A DNA stretch of 64,000 bases from Cetorhinus maximus (GCF_964194155.1 NC_135895.1:9424001-9488000), one strand, 5' to 3'. Shown: positions 21,136 through 34,261, numbered from the stretch's first letter. Notes: a model not told the origin generated them from the sequence alone. Translations and numbers: made by a program.

Positions 21136-22002
21136 ACCATGACCCGGGTTACTGGGCGGGCAGCCCCTGAAGCCGGGCAGCTTTCTGCTCAAAGCCAGTG
21201 TGGTGGCCGCGGGCTGTATAACCGGTTGGCAGCCGGTTAAAGCAATCTCTCTGGGATCTGCATTGTGAAATTTACTTGGCGTGCGGCCCAGGCTTACCCA
21301 AGGATGACGGAACGAGCTTGATGTCAGAGACGTCTCGCTTGCAGTCAAAGTCACCCATAACAAGCCCCGGTTTGTGGCATTAAGCATTTGTCATTGCTCA
21401 ATGAGGGGCTGCGACTATCTATTTCTATAAACCGTGACAGCTTCCGTCATCCCCTCCCCCTCCCCCCCCCAACCCCCCGAACTCCCCCGGCATTAGACCC
21501 AACAAATCACAACTGAACTGTCTTCAAAAAGACAAGGGCACTCAGTTCCTCCCATTTCTGAACTGTGTACTAATCCAAAGTGATAACTGAGATACCATTG
21601 GGGAAGACAGTGATACAGAGAAGCTGCCAGTCGACAGCTATTAGCCTCTAATTGACCCCGGGACTGATTCAGACGGCTTCCCCCCACCCCCTCCACCCCC
21701 ACTCCGCCACCACCATACCCCCCCTTCAAACACGGAGGGGTTAAGCTAAGCTTTTAAAGGGACCTAGCCTCAGCAGCAAAATAACACATCAGGGCATTAC
21801 CACGCTCAAATAAGGTGATGAATATTTGAAAACAGTTTAAAGGGAAGAGGCAGCACACTGGGACAAAGCGGCTTACTCTCTGAGAGAGGCAGAAAAGGGA
21901 CTGGATATGTGTGTATACAAGTATATCGAGGACAGTGTGAGTGTGTGCATGATCAGGTACATGAGTTCAGAGCTTGTGTGTACAGAGGTGGGGGTGTGTG
22001 TT

Positions 22003-22370
22003 GGAGTTGCCAACCCTCCAGGATTGCCCTGGAGTCTCCAGAGATTGAAGATTAAACTCCAAGATCCTGTTGGGAATGACCCTGGATAAAAAACTTAGGG
22101 GACATCCAAAGAAAAAAAAAAATAGAGCCTTTTTCCAGGCTCTTTGGAACTACTTTGCTTATCGCTAGAGAAAATATGGGAGATAGGAAAAAGATTGTTT
22201 GATTAGATGATTGTTGGTTAACAATCAGCCAAGGATGATTCTGAATGCTTTCTCAGTCAGCCATAGGAAGGCAGAGCACACCAAGGTTAGATAACCAACG
22301 ATTGCAACTTGGGGGTGGGATGGTTGGAGACAGAAGGTCACGTGATAAAACCAGTCAACCAGAGATGTTG
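22003..22370. mobile_element. Possible hAT-type MITE remnant
   Basis: Begins ggagttgccaaccctccagg, resembling GGGTTGCCAAC-type hAT termini; right TIR degenerate. Confidence 0.4.
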
Positions 22371-22439
22371 TGGAGGTGGGTGTAAGTGTGTATATGAGAA
22401 TGGGAGTGGGAGAGAGCAACAGTGCATTTTTAAAATTAT

Positions 22440-23232
22440 TATTTCACAGGATGTGGGCATCGCTGGCTAGGCCAGCATTATTGTTCATCTCTGGTTGCCC
22501 TTGAGAAGGTGGTGGTGAGCTGCCTCCTTGAACCACTGCAGTCCATGTGGTGTAGGTACACCCACAGTGCTGTTAGGGAGGAAGTTCCAGGATTTTTGAC
22601 TCAGTGACAGTGAAGGAACAGCAGTATATTTCCAAGTCAGGATGGTGAGTGGCTTGGAGGGGAACTTGCAGGTGGTGGTGTTCCCATGCATCTGCTGCCC
22701 CTGTCCATCGAGATGGCAGTGGTCACAGGTTTGGAAGGTGCTGTCGAAGGAGCCTAGATGAATTGCTGATGTGCATCTTGTAGATGGTGCACACTGCTGC
22801 CACTGTGCATCTATGCTGGAGGGAGTGAATATTGAAGGAGGTGGATGGGGTGCCAATCAAACAGGCTGCTTTGTCCTGGTTGTTGTTGAGCTTCTTGGGT
22901 GTTGTTGGAGCTGCACTCATCCAGGCAAATGGAAAGTATTCCATCACACTCCTGACTTGTCCGTTGTAGATGGTGGACAGGCTTTGGGGAGTCAGGCGGT
23001 GAGATACTCTCCATAGAATTCCCAGCCTCTTACCTGCTCTTGTGGCCACAGTATTCGTATGGCTGGTCCAGTTTAGTTTCTGGTCAATGGTAACCCCTCC
23101 CCCATCATGTTAGTTGTGGGGGATTCAGTGATGGTAACATCATTGAATGTCAAGTGGAGATTGTTGGATTCTCTCTTGTTGGAGATGGTCATTGCCTGAC
23201 ACTTGTGTGGCGCAAATGTTACTTGCCACTTG
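22440..23232 (-). mobile_element. LINE-B 3' fragment
   Basis: KWQVTFAPHKCQAMTISNKRES, ATRAGKRLGILWRV, QDKAACLIG, complete 3' tail. Confidence 0.92.
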
Positions 23233-24279
23233 AATGTGAGTAAAGAGCAGGAATTTGTCTCAACCAATGGTGCAATACAGGTGGCATTAGATCGACTGCC
23301 CATTGTATGCAGGGCCATGGGACTTAGTTTTCCCTTGAAGTCTATAGAATTAAATATCAATTACTGCTTATAACAGGTGATCAATCCCATGCCGGCACAT
23401 TTTGCTCCACTGATCAAGACAAAATTCTACCCCTAAGTGTTTGGGAGCGAGTATGTGTAAGAATCCCCATGCAGAAAAAGTACAACATTACTGATTTATG
23501 GTGAACTGGGAGTCTGCTCGATAGCTCGATAACCATACATTCAAATCAAAATATTTCAAACTGCTGGTCATCGACATTTTTTGACTAAACTGGGTAAGTG
23601 TCAAGTGTGGGTCATTGAATTAAAAAGCAGTACCTGAATGACAGATGAAAATTAACCCCATTTTCCAATAAGCTTTTAGGGAGTGGAAATTCGTCCCTTT
23701 AGTCTCTCTTGGAGCCACATCCATTGTTTGCACTTTATTACTGGACCGATTTGAAGTCTGCAGCCAGACACCGAGTCTGGACAGCGCAGGCAGGTTAATA
23801 TGAAGGCCGCCTAAAGTGCCCACTTTCGGGACTGAGGGGCTTCACCTCGTCTTCATAGACAGGCCGTCTCCTCAGGTCAGGTTCATCTCCGAGCGATCCA
23901 TTTATCGAGAGATTGAAAATCAAGTGGTCTCTTTAGACAGCCTTCCCTGTGCATTATTCATTACGATGAGTGAACTCGACTGAGATCTGTGGTCGTTGTA
24001 GACACACAACTGTAAATGGGCTAACAATATTGGCAAGAGCTAATTCAGTACATCCATCACTGAGGGAGATTGATGTCTCCTTCACTGATTGAAACTTGAT
24101 TAATGTGCTGCCATGACTCACTGGTTGAGGGCAGAATGGCCGAAAATTTTCCAGCGGAGCTGCTTGGCCTATCAGGCAAGCCGAAAATCCACCTCACCTT
24201 AATCAAGGGCACTACCAGTGGACCAGATAATGTAGACTAACTAATGTAGACAGTGGAACCTGAGGAAACAAAATGCAAA

Positions 24280-24717
24280 ACTAATCTACAAAGTCATTAT
24301 TATTCCAATGAGCGAGTGATCAATCTACGGAACAAACTCCCTAGAGAGGCCTAGATGGAAGTTGTTGGGACTGAATCATTCAAATGCAAATTAGATAGAT
24401 TTGTTTCAGAAAATAACATTTTGAGATACAGGATATGAGTTAATTTCAGACATGACATGTGGGAAGTGTCGCATGCTTGGGAGGGACTTGTAACTTTGGA
24501 CCTACAGTTCTCAAAGCTCTTCATCACCGGGGATTTCCACTCATCATGTCTGGGTCTTATAGACTCATCGGTTTTTGATTGGTAAGGGGATCAAAGGTTA
24601 CGGGGAGAAGGCGGGAGAATGGGGTTGAGAAACTTATCAGCCATGATTGAATGGCGGAGCAGACTCGATGGGCCGAATGGCCTAATTTCTGCTCCTATGT
24701 CTTATGGTCTTATGGTC
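24280..24717 (+). mobile_element. Old CR1 3' fragment (~24280-24560) plus young CR1-A 3' end (~24570-24717)
   Basis: gagtgatcaatctacggaacaaactccc; ggtaaggggatcaaaggttacggggagaag...tcttatggtcttatggtc. Confidence 0.8.
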
Positions 24718-25763
24718 ATCGGCAGAGCTTGATCACTTCACTAAACAACTCCATTGCAACACCTAGGATGGCAGAAGACAAACCTTGGTCCTTTCTTATC
24801 TAGCTATCTGTATGTGCACAGAATTCTGTGTCGGCCCATTCCATTTTCCCAAAAGCTACTTCTGTTTGTTTTTACACTGGGACCCTGACCCAGAATGATT
24901 TATGAAATGCCAAATCGGCCACATCCGATGAACTGTATCCCAACATCAACATCCGGTTCGGAGATACATGCAACTTGTTACTGTTAAAACATTTGGTTCC
25001 ACCACATTTTCAGTTAGGCCAGGCCGGATGCGATCAACCTCTCAAAGCAAGCTTGGCCAAGAAGCAGAAAGGTGAAGAAGGAACTTTCTCTGTCTAAGGC
25101 TTACTAGCGATCGAGGACGGGCTTACGGAAGCTTAATTCAAATCCAACTTATATTCGCTCCCAAAGCACAAGATGGGCATCCAGAAGCAGAATGGACAAA
25201 GTAGATCACAAAGAAGACCTTTGAAGAGGCCCATGCATTTATAACAACTGCTCAGGTGGGTGGGTGGGAAGCAGCGATGGAAGTGGTCATGTCCACATCC
25301 TTACCCACTTCCAGGGAACAAACAGAAAAAGATTTGAGAAGCTCCAGAGATTCGAGCTGACTGCATGATAAATCGATAGGCTACGCCTGCTGCCTGATAT
25401 TTTATTGAGCAGCAAAAAGATCACTGATGCGTAATGCCTGCAGAGATGGTCACGAGTGGCGGTATTAGGAATAAATGGTTTGAAATTGCTCTGCCTTCTG
25501 GTTGAAAAGAAAGCTTAATAAAGAAGGAGTTTTTGACGTGACAACCCGGGTGAGGTGGCACCATCTAAGCAATATCTTGTCACCCAACTGAGGACGGTTG
25601 CCATAACAACGGTGAGACTGCAAGGACAACTCGGGCCATCTTCAGCCTCACTGCCCTTTATCATCAATACAACAGAATTCAGAACAGCAGAGTTGAAGTG
25701 AAATGAAAAAAAAAACGTGACATTTAAGGATTAAACGATCCTGAGTGTTTTAAGTCAGTCATC

Positions 25764-26259
25764 GGGACGGAATCTAATAGGCATGAGTGCTATTGGCTTT
25801 AAGTTCCTGAAAGTACAGCCTGCTCCATGGCCCTGAAATGGAGGGACCCCCTCGGTGGCACCGGACATCCCTGCATCTCAGGCACAGCTGCTGGAGGGTT
25901 GACCCCTCTGATCACCGGGGCTCGCCTCCGTGGCTTCAGCACATTTGAAAAGAAAATTAACCCACCCTTCCAGGGCATCTCAACATGGAGGTGCCCTCTC
26001 CTTCTTCCCGCAGCCTCAGCAGTTGACCACCTCACTGGGTGGCGCTGCTGAGGATGTTGAGCTCCAGCCCTCTGATTGGGCCGGGAGCTCTGAGAGGCAG
26101 GCTGGGCCTACCTGAGTGGGACTGTGGTCCCGCTGGCAGCCTCTCAATTGGTTGCCACTGGTAAAATCGCCCGCTGTCCCACCCGCCACCACGCGCACTC
26201 TTGGGATCTGCTTTTAACCCTGGCGGTGGAAATTCCTCACTTGAGGTAAAATTCGGCCC
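25764..26259. mobile_element. Harbinger-like MITE
   Basis: Termini gggacggaatct / aaaattcggccc; GC-rich interior. Confidence 0.65.
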
Positions 26260-26394
26260 AGTGCGCCGTTGACCCTGGGCTTTGTCGCAACTGAGACCAG
26301 TTCCATTCTTATCTGACCTCCATTCCCAACAGGGCAGAGATCAGCAGCAGGCAAACCCTGGCTGATTTTTTTTTCCCTAGAGCTCTATGCTGAG

Positions 26395-27325
26395 TTACAT
26401 TGTATTTACTGCACAGAAGAATGTTGACCCTCCTGATTTATGGTTTATGCTCCACATGAACCTCCTCCCATCCTTCATCATATAATTCCGTCAACATACT
26501 ACTTCCATTCTTTCCTCTAACACGTCTTTATCTAGCTTTGCCCTTAAATGATCCTTTGCTATTCACTACTCCATGTGGTAACATTTGCTTTTCATTCATT
26601 CAACGTGAGCATCACTGGCTAGGCCAACATTTTTTTTGCCCATCCTTAATTGCCATGGTGGGAATTGAATTCAGATCCCCAGAGCATTAACACTGGATCT
26701 CTGGATTACCAGTGCAGTGACGATACCACTACAGCACTGTGCTCCACATTTTCAAAGCTCTCTGTGTAAGACGTTTCTCTTGAATTCCATTTTGGATTTA
26801 TTAGTGACTGGATCTCCCCAACAAGTGGAAACACCTTCACTATGTCTACCTGACAACTGTTTCATAATCTTAAAGACATCTATCAGGTCACCCTTCAGTC
26901 TTCTTTTTTTTCAGGGAAAAGAGCCCTGGCCTGTCCAATTTTTTCCTGGTAAGTATAACCTCTTGGTGTCATTCTTGTATAACTTTTTTGCACCTTCTCC
27001 AGTGTCACTATATCCGTTTTATAATATGGAAACTGAAACTGTTCACAGCGCTCTCAAGGTGGTCTAATCAAGGTTATATTCAAGTTTAGCATAAACTTCT
27101 CTGTCTTTCGATTCTATTCCTCTAGAACGGAACCCCAGTGAAGATGTTTCCACTTGTGGGGGAGATCAAAACTAGGGGCCATAAATGTAAGAAAGTCACT
27201 AATCAATCGAAAAGGGAATTCAAGAGAAACTTCTTACCCAGGGAGTGATGAGAACATGGAACACATTACCACATGGAGTAGTTGAGGTGAATACCATAGA
27301 TATATGTAAGGGGGAAGCTAGATAA
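26395..27325. mobile_element. Old minus-strand CR1 fragment containing a partial minus-strand SINE-B (~26585-26732), followed by a plus-strand CR1 piece (~27140-27325)
   Basis: ttcataatcttaaagacatctatcaggtcaccc (CR1 reverse complement); ggtgggaattgaattcagatccccagagcatta (SINE-B head reverse complement). Confidence 0.7.
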
Positions 27326-27681
27326 ACCCATTTTTTAATGGCCTTTGTAATTACTTCTGGTGATGTGTACCCCTCAGATCCCTCTGTTCTTCTAACTCAT
27401 TCAGACCCTTATTTTCCAAGGGGATACAGGAATACCCCACTCTAAGTGGTACATACTTTCCTGGAAAGCACTACATTAATCGAAATTACATATATTGAAG
27501 CAAGTTTTCCAATTTAAATGTATGTAATATCAGGAGATGCATTCCCATCCCAAGATTTATAGCCCCAATGAGGAACATACACAAGTACACGTTATTTATC
27601 AGCCAAAAATAAGAAACCACAATGTAAATAAATCTTCTACATTCCCAGTGATGTGACAAAGAACCAAAGAGAACAGGTTTT

Positions 27682-27870
27682 ATTGCTGAAAAGAGAAACA
27701 TGTTGCTGAAGCTTGTCATCTTGCACTCATCAGGACAAATGCAAGAATGCCAAATTTCAAACGATCACAACAATTTATACCACAGGAGAAAATGGTGCTG
27801 ATTGGTTGGCAAGTCAACTTTGATTGTCCAGGACGTTGCCATGGAGAAAGCAACGAGGGGCTATAGGCTC
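27682..27870 (-). mobile_element. Penelope-like family B terminus with hammerhead motif (27703-27738)
   Basis: Minus strand ttgtc CTGATGA gtgcaagat GACA agct tc; homologous to 51895-52275 and 59540-59830. Confidence 0.75.
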
Positions 27871-29534
27871 CCCAAGCTCCTCGGTCATTCAAAAATGGCG
27901 CAAGGCTTGCACTCATAGGCTCATAGATGTTTACTGCACAGAAGGAGGCCATTCGGCCAATCATGTCCATTCCCACCACCCTCTGGGTGAAAAAAAATTC
28001 TCCTCAACTCCCCTCTTAGCCTTCTACCTCTTACCTTAAATCTACGCCTCCTGGTTATTGACCCCTCTACTAATGGAAAAAGTGTCCTCCTATCCACCCT
28101 ATCTATGCCCCTCATAATCTTATACACTTCTATCAGGTCTTCTCTCAACCTTCGCTGCTCCAAGGAAAACAACCCCAGTTTATCCAATCTTTCCTCATAG
28201 CTCAGACCCTCCAGCCCAGGCAGCATCCTGGTAAATCTCCTCTGCTTCCTCTCCAGTGCAATCACATCTTTCCTATAATGTGGTGACCAGAACTGCACAC
28301 AGTGCTCCAGTTGTGGCCTAACCAGCATTTTATACAGTTCCAGCATAACCTCTCTGCTCTTGAATTCTAAGCCTCGGCTAATAAAGGTAAGTATCCCAAA
28401 TGCCTTCTTAACCACCTTATCAACCTGCCCTGCTACCTTCAGGGATCTATTGGATATGCACACCAAGGTCTCTCTGATCTTTAGTACTTTCCAGGGTCCT
28501 ACCATTCATAGTGTAATCCCTTGCCTTGTTAGCCCTCCACAAGTGTATTACCTCACACTTTTCCAGGTTGAATTCCATTTGCCAGTACTCTGCCCACCTG
28601 ACCAATCCATTGATATCCTCCTGGAGCTTACGGCTATCCTCCTCACTATTTACCACCCTACCAATTTTTGTGTCATCCGCGAACTTCTTGATCACACCCC
28701 GTACGTTTAAGTCCAAATCATTTATGTACACCACAAACAGCAAGGGCCCCAGCACTGAGCCCTGTGGAACCCCACTGGAAACAGACTTTCAGTCACAGAA
28801 ACATCCCTCTACCATCACCCTCTGCTTCCTGCCTCTCAGCCAATTTTGGATCCGTCGTGCTGCTTTGCCTTGGATCCCATGGGCTCTTACTTTCTTGACC
28901 AGTCTGCCATGAGGGACCTTATCTAAAGCCTTGTTAAAGTCAATGTAGATCACATCAAATGCATTACCTTCATCCACACTCCTAGTTACCTCCTCAAAAA
29001 ATTCGATCAAATTTGTCAAACACGACCTTCCCTTAACAAATCCATGCTGACTGTCCCTGATTTATCCTTGTCTCTCCAAGTGCAGATATATTCTGTCCCT
29101 CAGAATTCTTTCTATTAACTTCCCTACCACCGAGGTTAGACTGCCTGGCCTGTAATTTCCTGGTCTATCCCTTCCTCCCTTTTTTAATAATGGGACAACG
29201 TTAGCAGTCCTCCAGTCCTCTGGCACCTCACCTGTGGCCAGAGAGGAGTAGAATATTACCACCAGGGCCCATGATATTTCTTCCCTTGCCTCCCTCAACA
29301 GCTTGAGATACATCTCATCTGGGCCTGCAGATTTATCCACTTCTAAGGCTGCTAAACCCATTAGTACCTCTTCTCTCTCTATGTTAATTTCCTCTAACAT
29401 TTCACAGTCCTCCACCCTGATGTCTATACCTTCATCATCCTTTTCCATTGTGAAGACCGACGCAAAGTATTCATTGAGGACTGCACCCATGTCTTCCGGG
29501 TCGACACACTCTGACCTAATTGGCCCTACTCTTT

Positions 29535-29643
29535 AACAAAAACAGAATTACCTGGAAAAACTCAGCAGGTCTGGCAGCATCAGCGGAGAAGAAAAGAGTT
29601 GACGTTTCGAGTCCTCATGACCCTTCAGCAGAATATTATTGTT
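29535..29643 (-). mobile_element. 109-bp Penelope-like family A terminal insertion with perfect 15-bp TSD
   Basis: ttggccctactcttt at 29520-29534 and 29644-29658; interrupts CR1 ORF2. Confidence 0.88.
29601..29631 (-). ncRNA. Minimal hammerhead ribozyme motif (core variant CUGCUGA)
   Basis: Minus strand CTGCTGA a gggtc atgag gactc GAAA cg TC. Confidence 0.6.
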
Positions 29644-30107
29644 TTGGCCCTACTCTTTCCCTAGTTATTTTCTTGCTCTTTATATATTTAAAAATAAACC
29701 TTTGGGTTTTCCTTTATTCTACCAACCGATGCTTTCTCAGACACTCTCTAAGCTTTCCTAATTTCCTTTTTAAGTTCCTTTCTGCACTTTTTATGCTTCT
29801 CTAGGGACTCTGCCGTACTGAGCCCTCATTATCTGCCATAAGCTTCTCTTTTTTTCTTAATCCCAACCTTTATGTCCCTTGACATCCAGGGTTCTCTGGA
29901 CTTGATTCCCCCCCTTTGTCTTTATGGGAATATATTCGCCCTTTACTCTCATATTTCCTTCTTGAATACCTCCCACTGCTCTGACACAGTTTTATCTGCA
30001 AGTAGCTGCTCCCAGTCCACTTGGGTCAAATCGTATCTCATCTTAGTAAAATTAGCCTTAAATTCCTTTTGTTTATAGAGAGTGGCTCCCTGTGCCTGAA
30101 TGAATGT

Positions 30108-30295
30108 CATACAAACATACGTATTAGGAGCAGGAGTAGGCCACTCGGCCCCTCGAGCCTGCTCCGCCATTCAACAAGACCAGGGCTGATCTGATTGTAA
30201 CCCTCAACTCCACATTTTGCCCACCCACCATAACCTCTGACTCCCTTGTTGGTCAAGAATCTATCTGTCTCTGCTGCAAAAATGTTCATTGACCC
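30108..30295 (-). mobile_element. CR1-A 3' end
   Basis: ORF 30107..30289 DRFLTNKGVRGYG plus tail. Confidence 0.88.
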
Positions 30296-30959
30296 TGTTG
30301 ACTTTGTTCAAAAACAGAACAAGTTTTGTTTTCCCCAACTGCTCTATAACAAGGCAAGGTTGGCACCCAACACCCACCCCCAATCCTTTCATCTCCTGGT
30401 AGCAGACGTCTGTTCCATAACTGAATAGCTTCTCGTCCTCGGTTCTCTTCTTCCTGCAGATCCAGTAATCGCTCTCCAGGCGATGGGAGTGCTGGAGGCA
30501 TTAAGCACTTCAGCAAGCCCCAGGATATCCAGAATGCAGTGCTGGTGCTCGACGTTGGAGCTGTCAGGCTCCTAGTCAACTTCCTGGGGCTCTACTCTGC
30601 GCTCCAGAGGTGTGCAAGATGTGTGAGTGGCCGTGGGCCACTACACTGCCAGTGTCGCCGTTGCCGTGGAACATACAGAGCCACAACACGCACATTAAGC
30701 ACGCCCATAATGTGGCCACAAGCGAATGACCAACGGAAAAAACCAACGACACCATTCCAAGGAGTTTTGAGGATGGGGGAACGGGGGGCAGGGGGTAGGG
30801 GGTAGTGGGGGATAGAACAAAACCTAAGCTGAAAGTTCTAGAGAATGGGGAAACAGCCCTTTCATTATTTCACCAGCCAGCAACTATGCAGGTGGTTACA
30901 AAAGCTTTTGCACCCAGTTCCCAACTACTTAATAATAGTGCATGTAGCACGTACAAATA

Positions 30960-31840
30960 AGTGGGTAGTAATTTTTTTCAACTCCTTGATAACAAAGCTA
31001 CATTATCGAAAGTACTTAGAATGAGGTGTATGTGGCATCCTTATCTGTCCTACCAAAATGTGTTACGTTGCATTTATCTACATTGACGTTCACTTGCAAA
31101 ATACACTCCTCCCATTCTTCAAGTTTAGTAAAGCTTCCTGTATTTTGTCGAAGTCCTCCTAAATTGGGTCATTGGTAAATTTTGAAACTACGCTTCCTAT
31201 CCATTTACGTGAATGGTGAATAATAGTGGTCCCAGAATCGATCCCTGTGGAACACAACAGTCTGAGTACTGACCTTGAACTCCTGCTCTCTGCTTTCAGT
31301 TTTGCAGCCAGTTTACTGTTCATTCTGCCACTTCTTCCTAGAATTCACATGTTCCGACATTAGCCATGAGTGTACTATTTGGTATCTTATTGAAGCCTTG
31401 CTGGAAATCCAAATATTTCATGTCAATTTCATTACCCCTGTCTATCCTTTCAGTTACTCCTTCAAAGAATTCAACAAGGTTGGCCCAGCATAACTTTCCC
31501 TCTTGAAATCTGTGCTGACAATTCTATTACATCTTTGAGTCACGATTCTATTTTCTTTCCTAATGCTGATGTTAAGCTAATTGGTCTGTAGTTCCCTGGA
31601 CTTGTTCTGTCTTCCTTTTTATATATAGGAACCACATTAGCTGTCCACCAGTCCTCTGACACCATTTCCTTTTCCAATGAATTTTTATATATATGTAATT
31701 GTCTCTCTGCTATCTCTTCCCTAACTTCCATTAATATTTAGGGATGCAATCCTCTCCAAGTTTGATTAGTTTATCAATTACCTCCCCCTTTCTAGCTTAA
31801 ATGCCTTTATATCTTTTTTGAGCACTCCTTTGAATGTCAC
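30960..31840 (-). mobile_element. Old CR1 RT fragment
   Basis: EDWWTANVVPIYKKEDRTSPGNYRPISLTS; ccacagggatcgattctgggacc (PQGSILGP). Confidence 0.8.
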
Positions 31841-31889
31841 GTCCAGCGCGTTTGCCTTGCTATTTACCGGGGAGACTTGATAATTATTT

Positions 31890-31995
31890 AAGATACAAAC
31901 AGAAAATGCTGTAAACATTCAATAGGTGAGGCAGCATGTGCGGCGAGGGAAACAGAGTTAATGTTTCAGATTGATGACCTTTTGCCAGAACTGAA
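31890..31995 (-). mobile_element. Degenerate Penelope-like family A terminus
   Basis: aaacagaaaatgctg...gaaacagagttaatgtttcagattgatgacc...cagaact. Confidence 0.7.
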
Positions 31996-32862
31996 AAAAT
32001 GTCACAAAGCAGGCAGCTGAAAACTAGCACCCTCAGCAAGATCACCAGACCTGTGATTCCAAAGGCACAAACACCAATATGATGGGCACTTTGTAAGTCA
32101 AGGCGGGGTGGGGGTGTGTGTGTGGAGGAATAAAAAGCACCTGGGCAAAAAGAGTGGCTGAATGTTTCTCAAAAGAAGGTAGAAAACAGAATCTGACACT
32201 TTCACCTGTTCAAAAGGGAATCTACCACTGATGCTGAGAAAACCCCCATATTTTCCTTTAGAACCGTCAACATCTATTACATGAGCTGAAACATTCATCA
32301 TCTGCAGTATTTGCTGTTTTGTTGTGCATGGTTTTCATCTCTGGTCCATTTTGCTGTCGCACACTTTCTCTCATAATCAATATTTTTTCATTTACAGAAC
32401 TTGGCAGCTGTAAGATACCCAAGAACATATTGTGTTTGAACACACACCAGACTAGATACAGATATCATGTGAGGAGGGGACAGTAAATCATAAGTTAGAG
32501 GACAAAAAAAGGGCCTCCAGATGAAAGAAAAGCCGTTCAAGAAATAAAGGCATGAAAAAAAAACCAACGTGGCATCCAACAGGGACTTCGTTGAATCAAA
32601 GTTTCAGCTACTTCCTCCAGTGTATTGCATGTTTGAACTTTAGTATCAGACACATTTTAAGGAACATTACTTTGCCAGAGAACACTTCTCGCCTGTTGTG
32701 AAGTTAACTGACTTGGCACCAACCAGCAATTGGACTAAAGAGCTCCGCAACCAGATGGGTAAGCCGTGGCTCAGTTGGTAGGACTCTCGCCAGAGTATGA
32801 AGGTCATGGGTTCAAATCCCACGTCTGAGACTTGAGCATCAAAGCAAGGCTTGGCTCTCCAG

Positions 32863-33035
32863 CAATGTTCCCTCTAAGCTGTGTGACTGTGCAGCAATGA
32901 AGCTCCCCCACAGGCTGCATACAAGTCTGCCCCTTTAAATTGCCATGTATGTATGGTCATGCAAAAAAATTTAAAGGGGCCCCTGCACTTGAATAAATCG
33001 TCTATGCTGCCCAAAAAAAAATCGAGGGAACATTG
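32863..33035. mobile_element. hAT-like MITE (173 bp)
   Basis: Perfect 12-bp TIR caatgttccctc / gagggaacattg; flanks ctctccag and cactcgg are both decayed versions of the host sequence cactccag (8-bp TSD). Confidence 0.8.
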
Positions 33036-33049
33036 CACTCGGTGCAGTA

Positions 33050-33853
33050 ATAGATTGAGTGAATGAGTGAAATTACAGCAAATGGATTTCAATTAAGAGG
33101 CAAATCTGGATGAAGAAAGAATAGAACGGGGCACTTCCTAAATGGCGAACAGCTCAATTGGAAGTCCAAAGAGACATGGGGATGGGAGTCCAGATACAGA
33201 GATCATTTAAGAGTCATGAACCAGCACAGAAAATAATCAAAAAAGCTAATGGAATGCTGGCTTTGTATCTCGAGGAATAGAATACAAGTGGGCAGGCGTC
33301 AGGTTTCCGCTATGGTTGGACCACACCTGGGGGACTGCAAGCTGGATTGGACACCACGTTTTAAGGAATTATCCCTTGGGATTGAAGGGAGCGCAGTGTA
33401 GATTTACCAGAATGATACCTGGACTCCAAAGATTAAATTACTGGGAGAGATTACACAAATTAAGATTGTATTTTATGGAATTTAGAAGATTAAGGGTGAC
33501 TGATTGAAATTTTCAAGATATTCGAAAGTGAAAAGACAGGGTAGATAGAAAGAAACTATTTCCACTGGTTGAGGAGTTCAGGTGGAGGGGGCATAGTCTA
33601 AAAATTAGAGCCTATCCATTCAGCAGTGAAATTAGGAATCACTTCTACATGCAAAGCGGTAGAAGTTTGGAACATTTCTGCAAGTGAAAATTGATGCTAG
33701 ATCAATTGTTAACTTTGAATCTGAAATTGATAGATTTTGTCAACCAAAAGCAATAAGGGATATGGGGCAAAGGTGAGCATGTGGAGTCAGGCCACAGATT
33801 AGCCATTGTTTAGCGGAACAGACTCAAGTGGTGAGTGGCCTCCTCCTGTTCCT
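33050..33853 (+). mobile_element. CR1-A 3' fragment
   Basis: QCRFTRMIPGLQRLNYWERLHKLRLY..EFRRLR and CR1 tail. Confidence 0.88.
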
Positions 33854-34261
33854 AAATCTTACTGAGGGAGTGCTGCACTGTTAGAGGTGCCATCTTTTGT
33901 GTGAGATGTTAAACCTCTCCTGAAATTATTAACCTAATTAACCTGAGTGCAGAATCCACGGGAACTGTTGAGGTTAAAGGTGTTGTGTTTGATTGAATTA
34001 CTGGAATGGTTGCTCACAATCAATGATTCCCATGTGGAATAGCCAGTTGATAACCATGTGGTCTGAAACTTGGGGAAGATTACTCACCCGAAGAGAGGAA
34101 TTTGGAGCAGAATCTCAGGCAGGCTGCCCACCGCACCCCTTCCCCCATAAGTGATGCTGAGGTTCACCGCCTTCCCGCACAGAATCGGAACGGCTGTGGA
34201 ATCCAGTTCACCCAGTCATGAATAACACGCTGTTTCCCACGGCTGGAGAGTCTAGAATTAG

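Larger units (their letters stand above)
27920..30075 (-). mobile_element. Long CR1-A ORF2 fragment (linker, RT, 3' end)
   Basis: LNEYFASVFT, PEDWRTANVVPL.KKG.R..PGNYRP.SLTSVVGKL, DFNKALDKVPH, FADDTKIG, LVRPQLEHCVQFWSP. Confidence 0.95.
32760..33915 (+). mobile_element. SacSINE1-like 5' part split by a hAT MITE and a CR1
   Basis: Head gtggctcagttggtagg...gggttcaaatccc; SINE continues at 33036-33049 and at 33860 (tactgagggagtgctgcactg). Confidence 0.75.

Noticed and set aside
30286-30579. Minus-strand 97-aa ORF and alternative frames
   Set aside because: No recognisable domain or convincing minus-strand splice sites.
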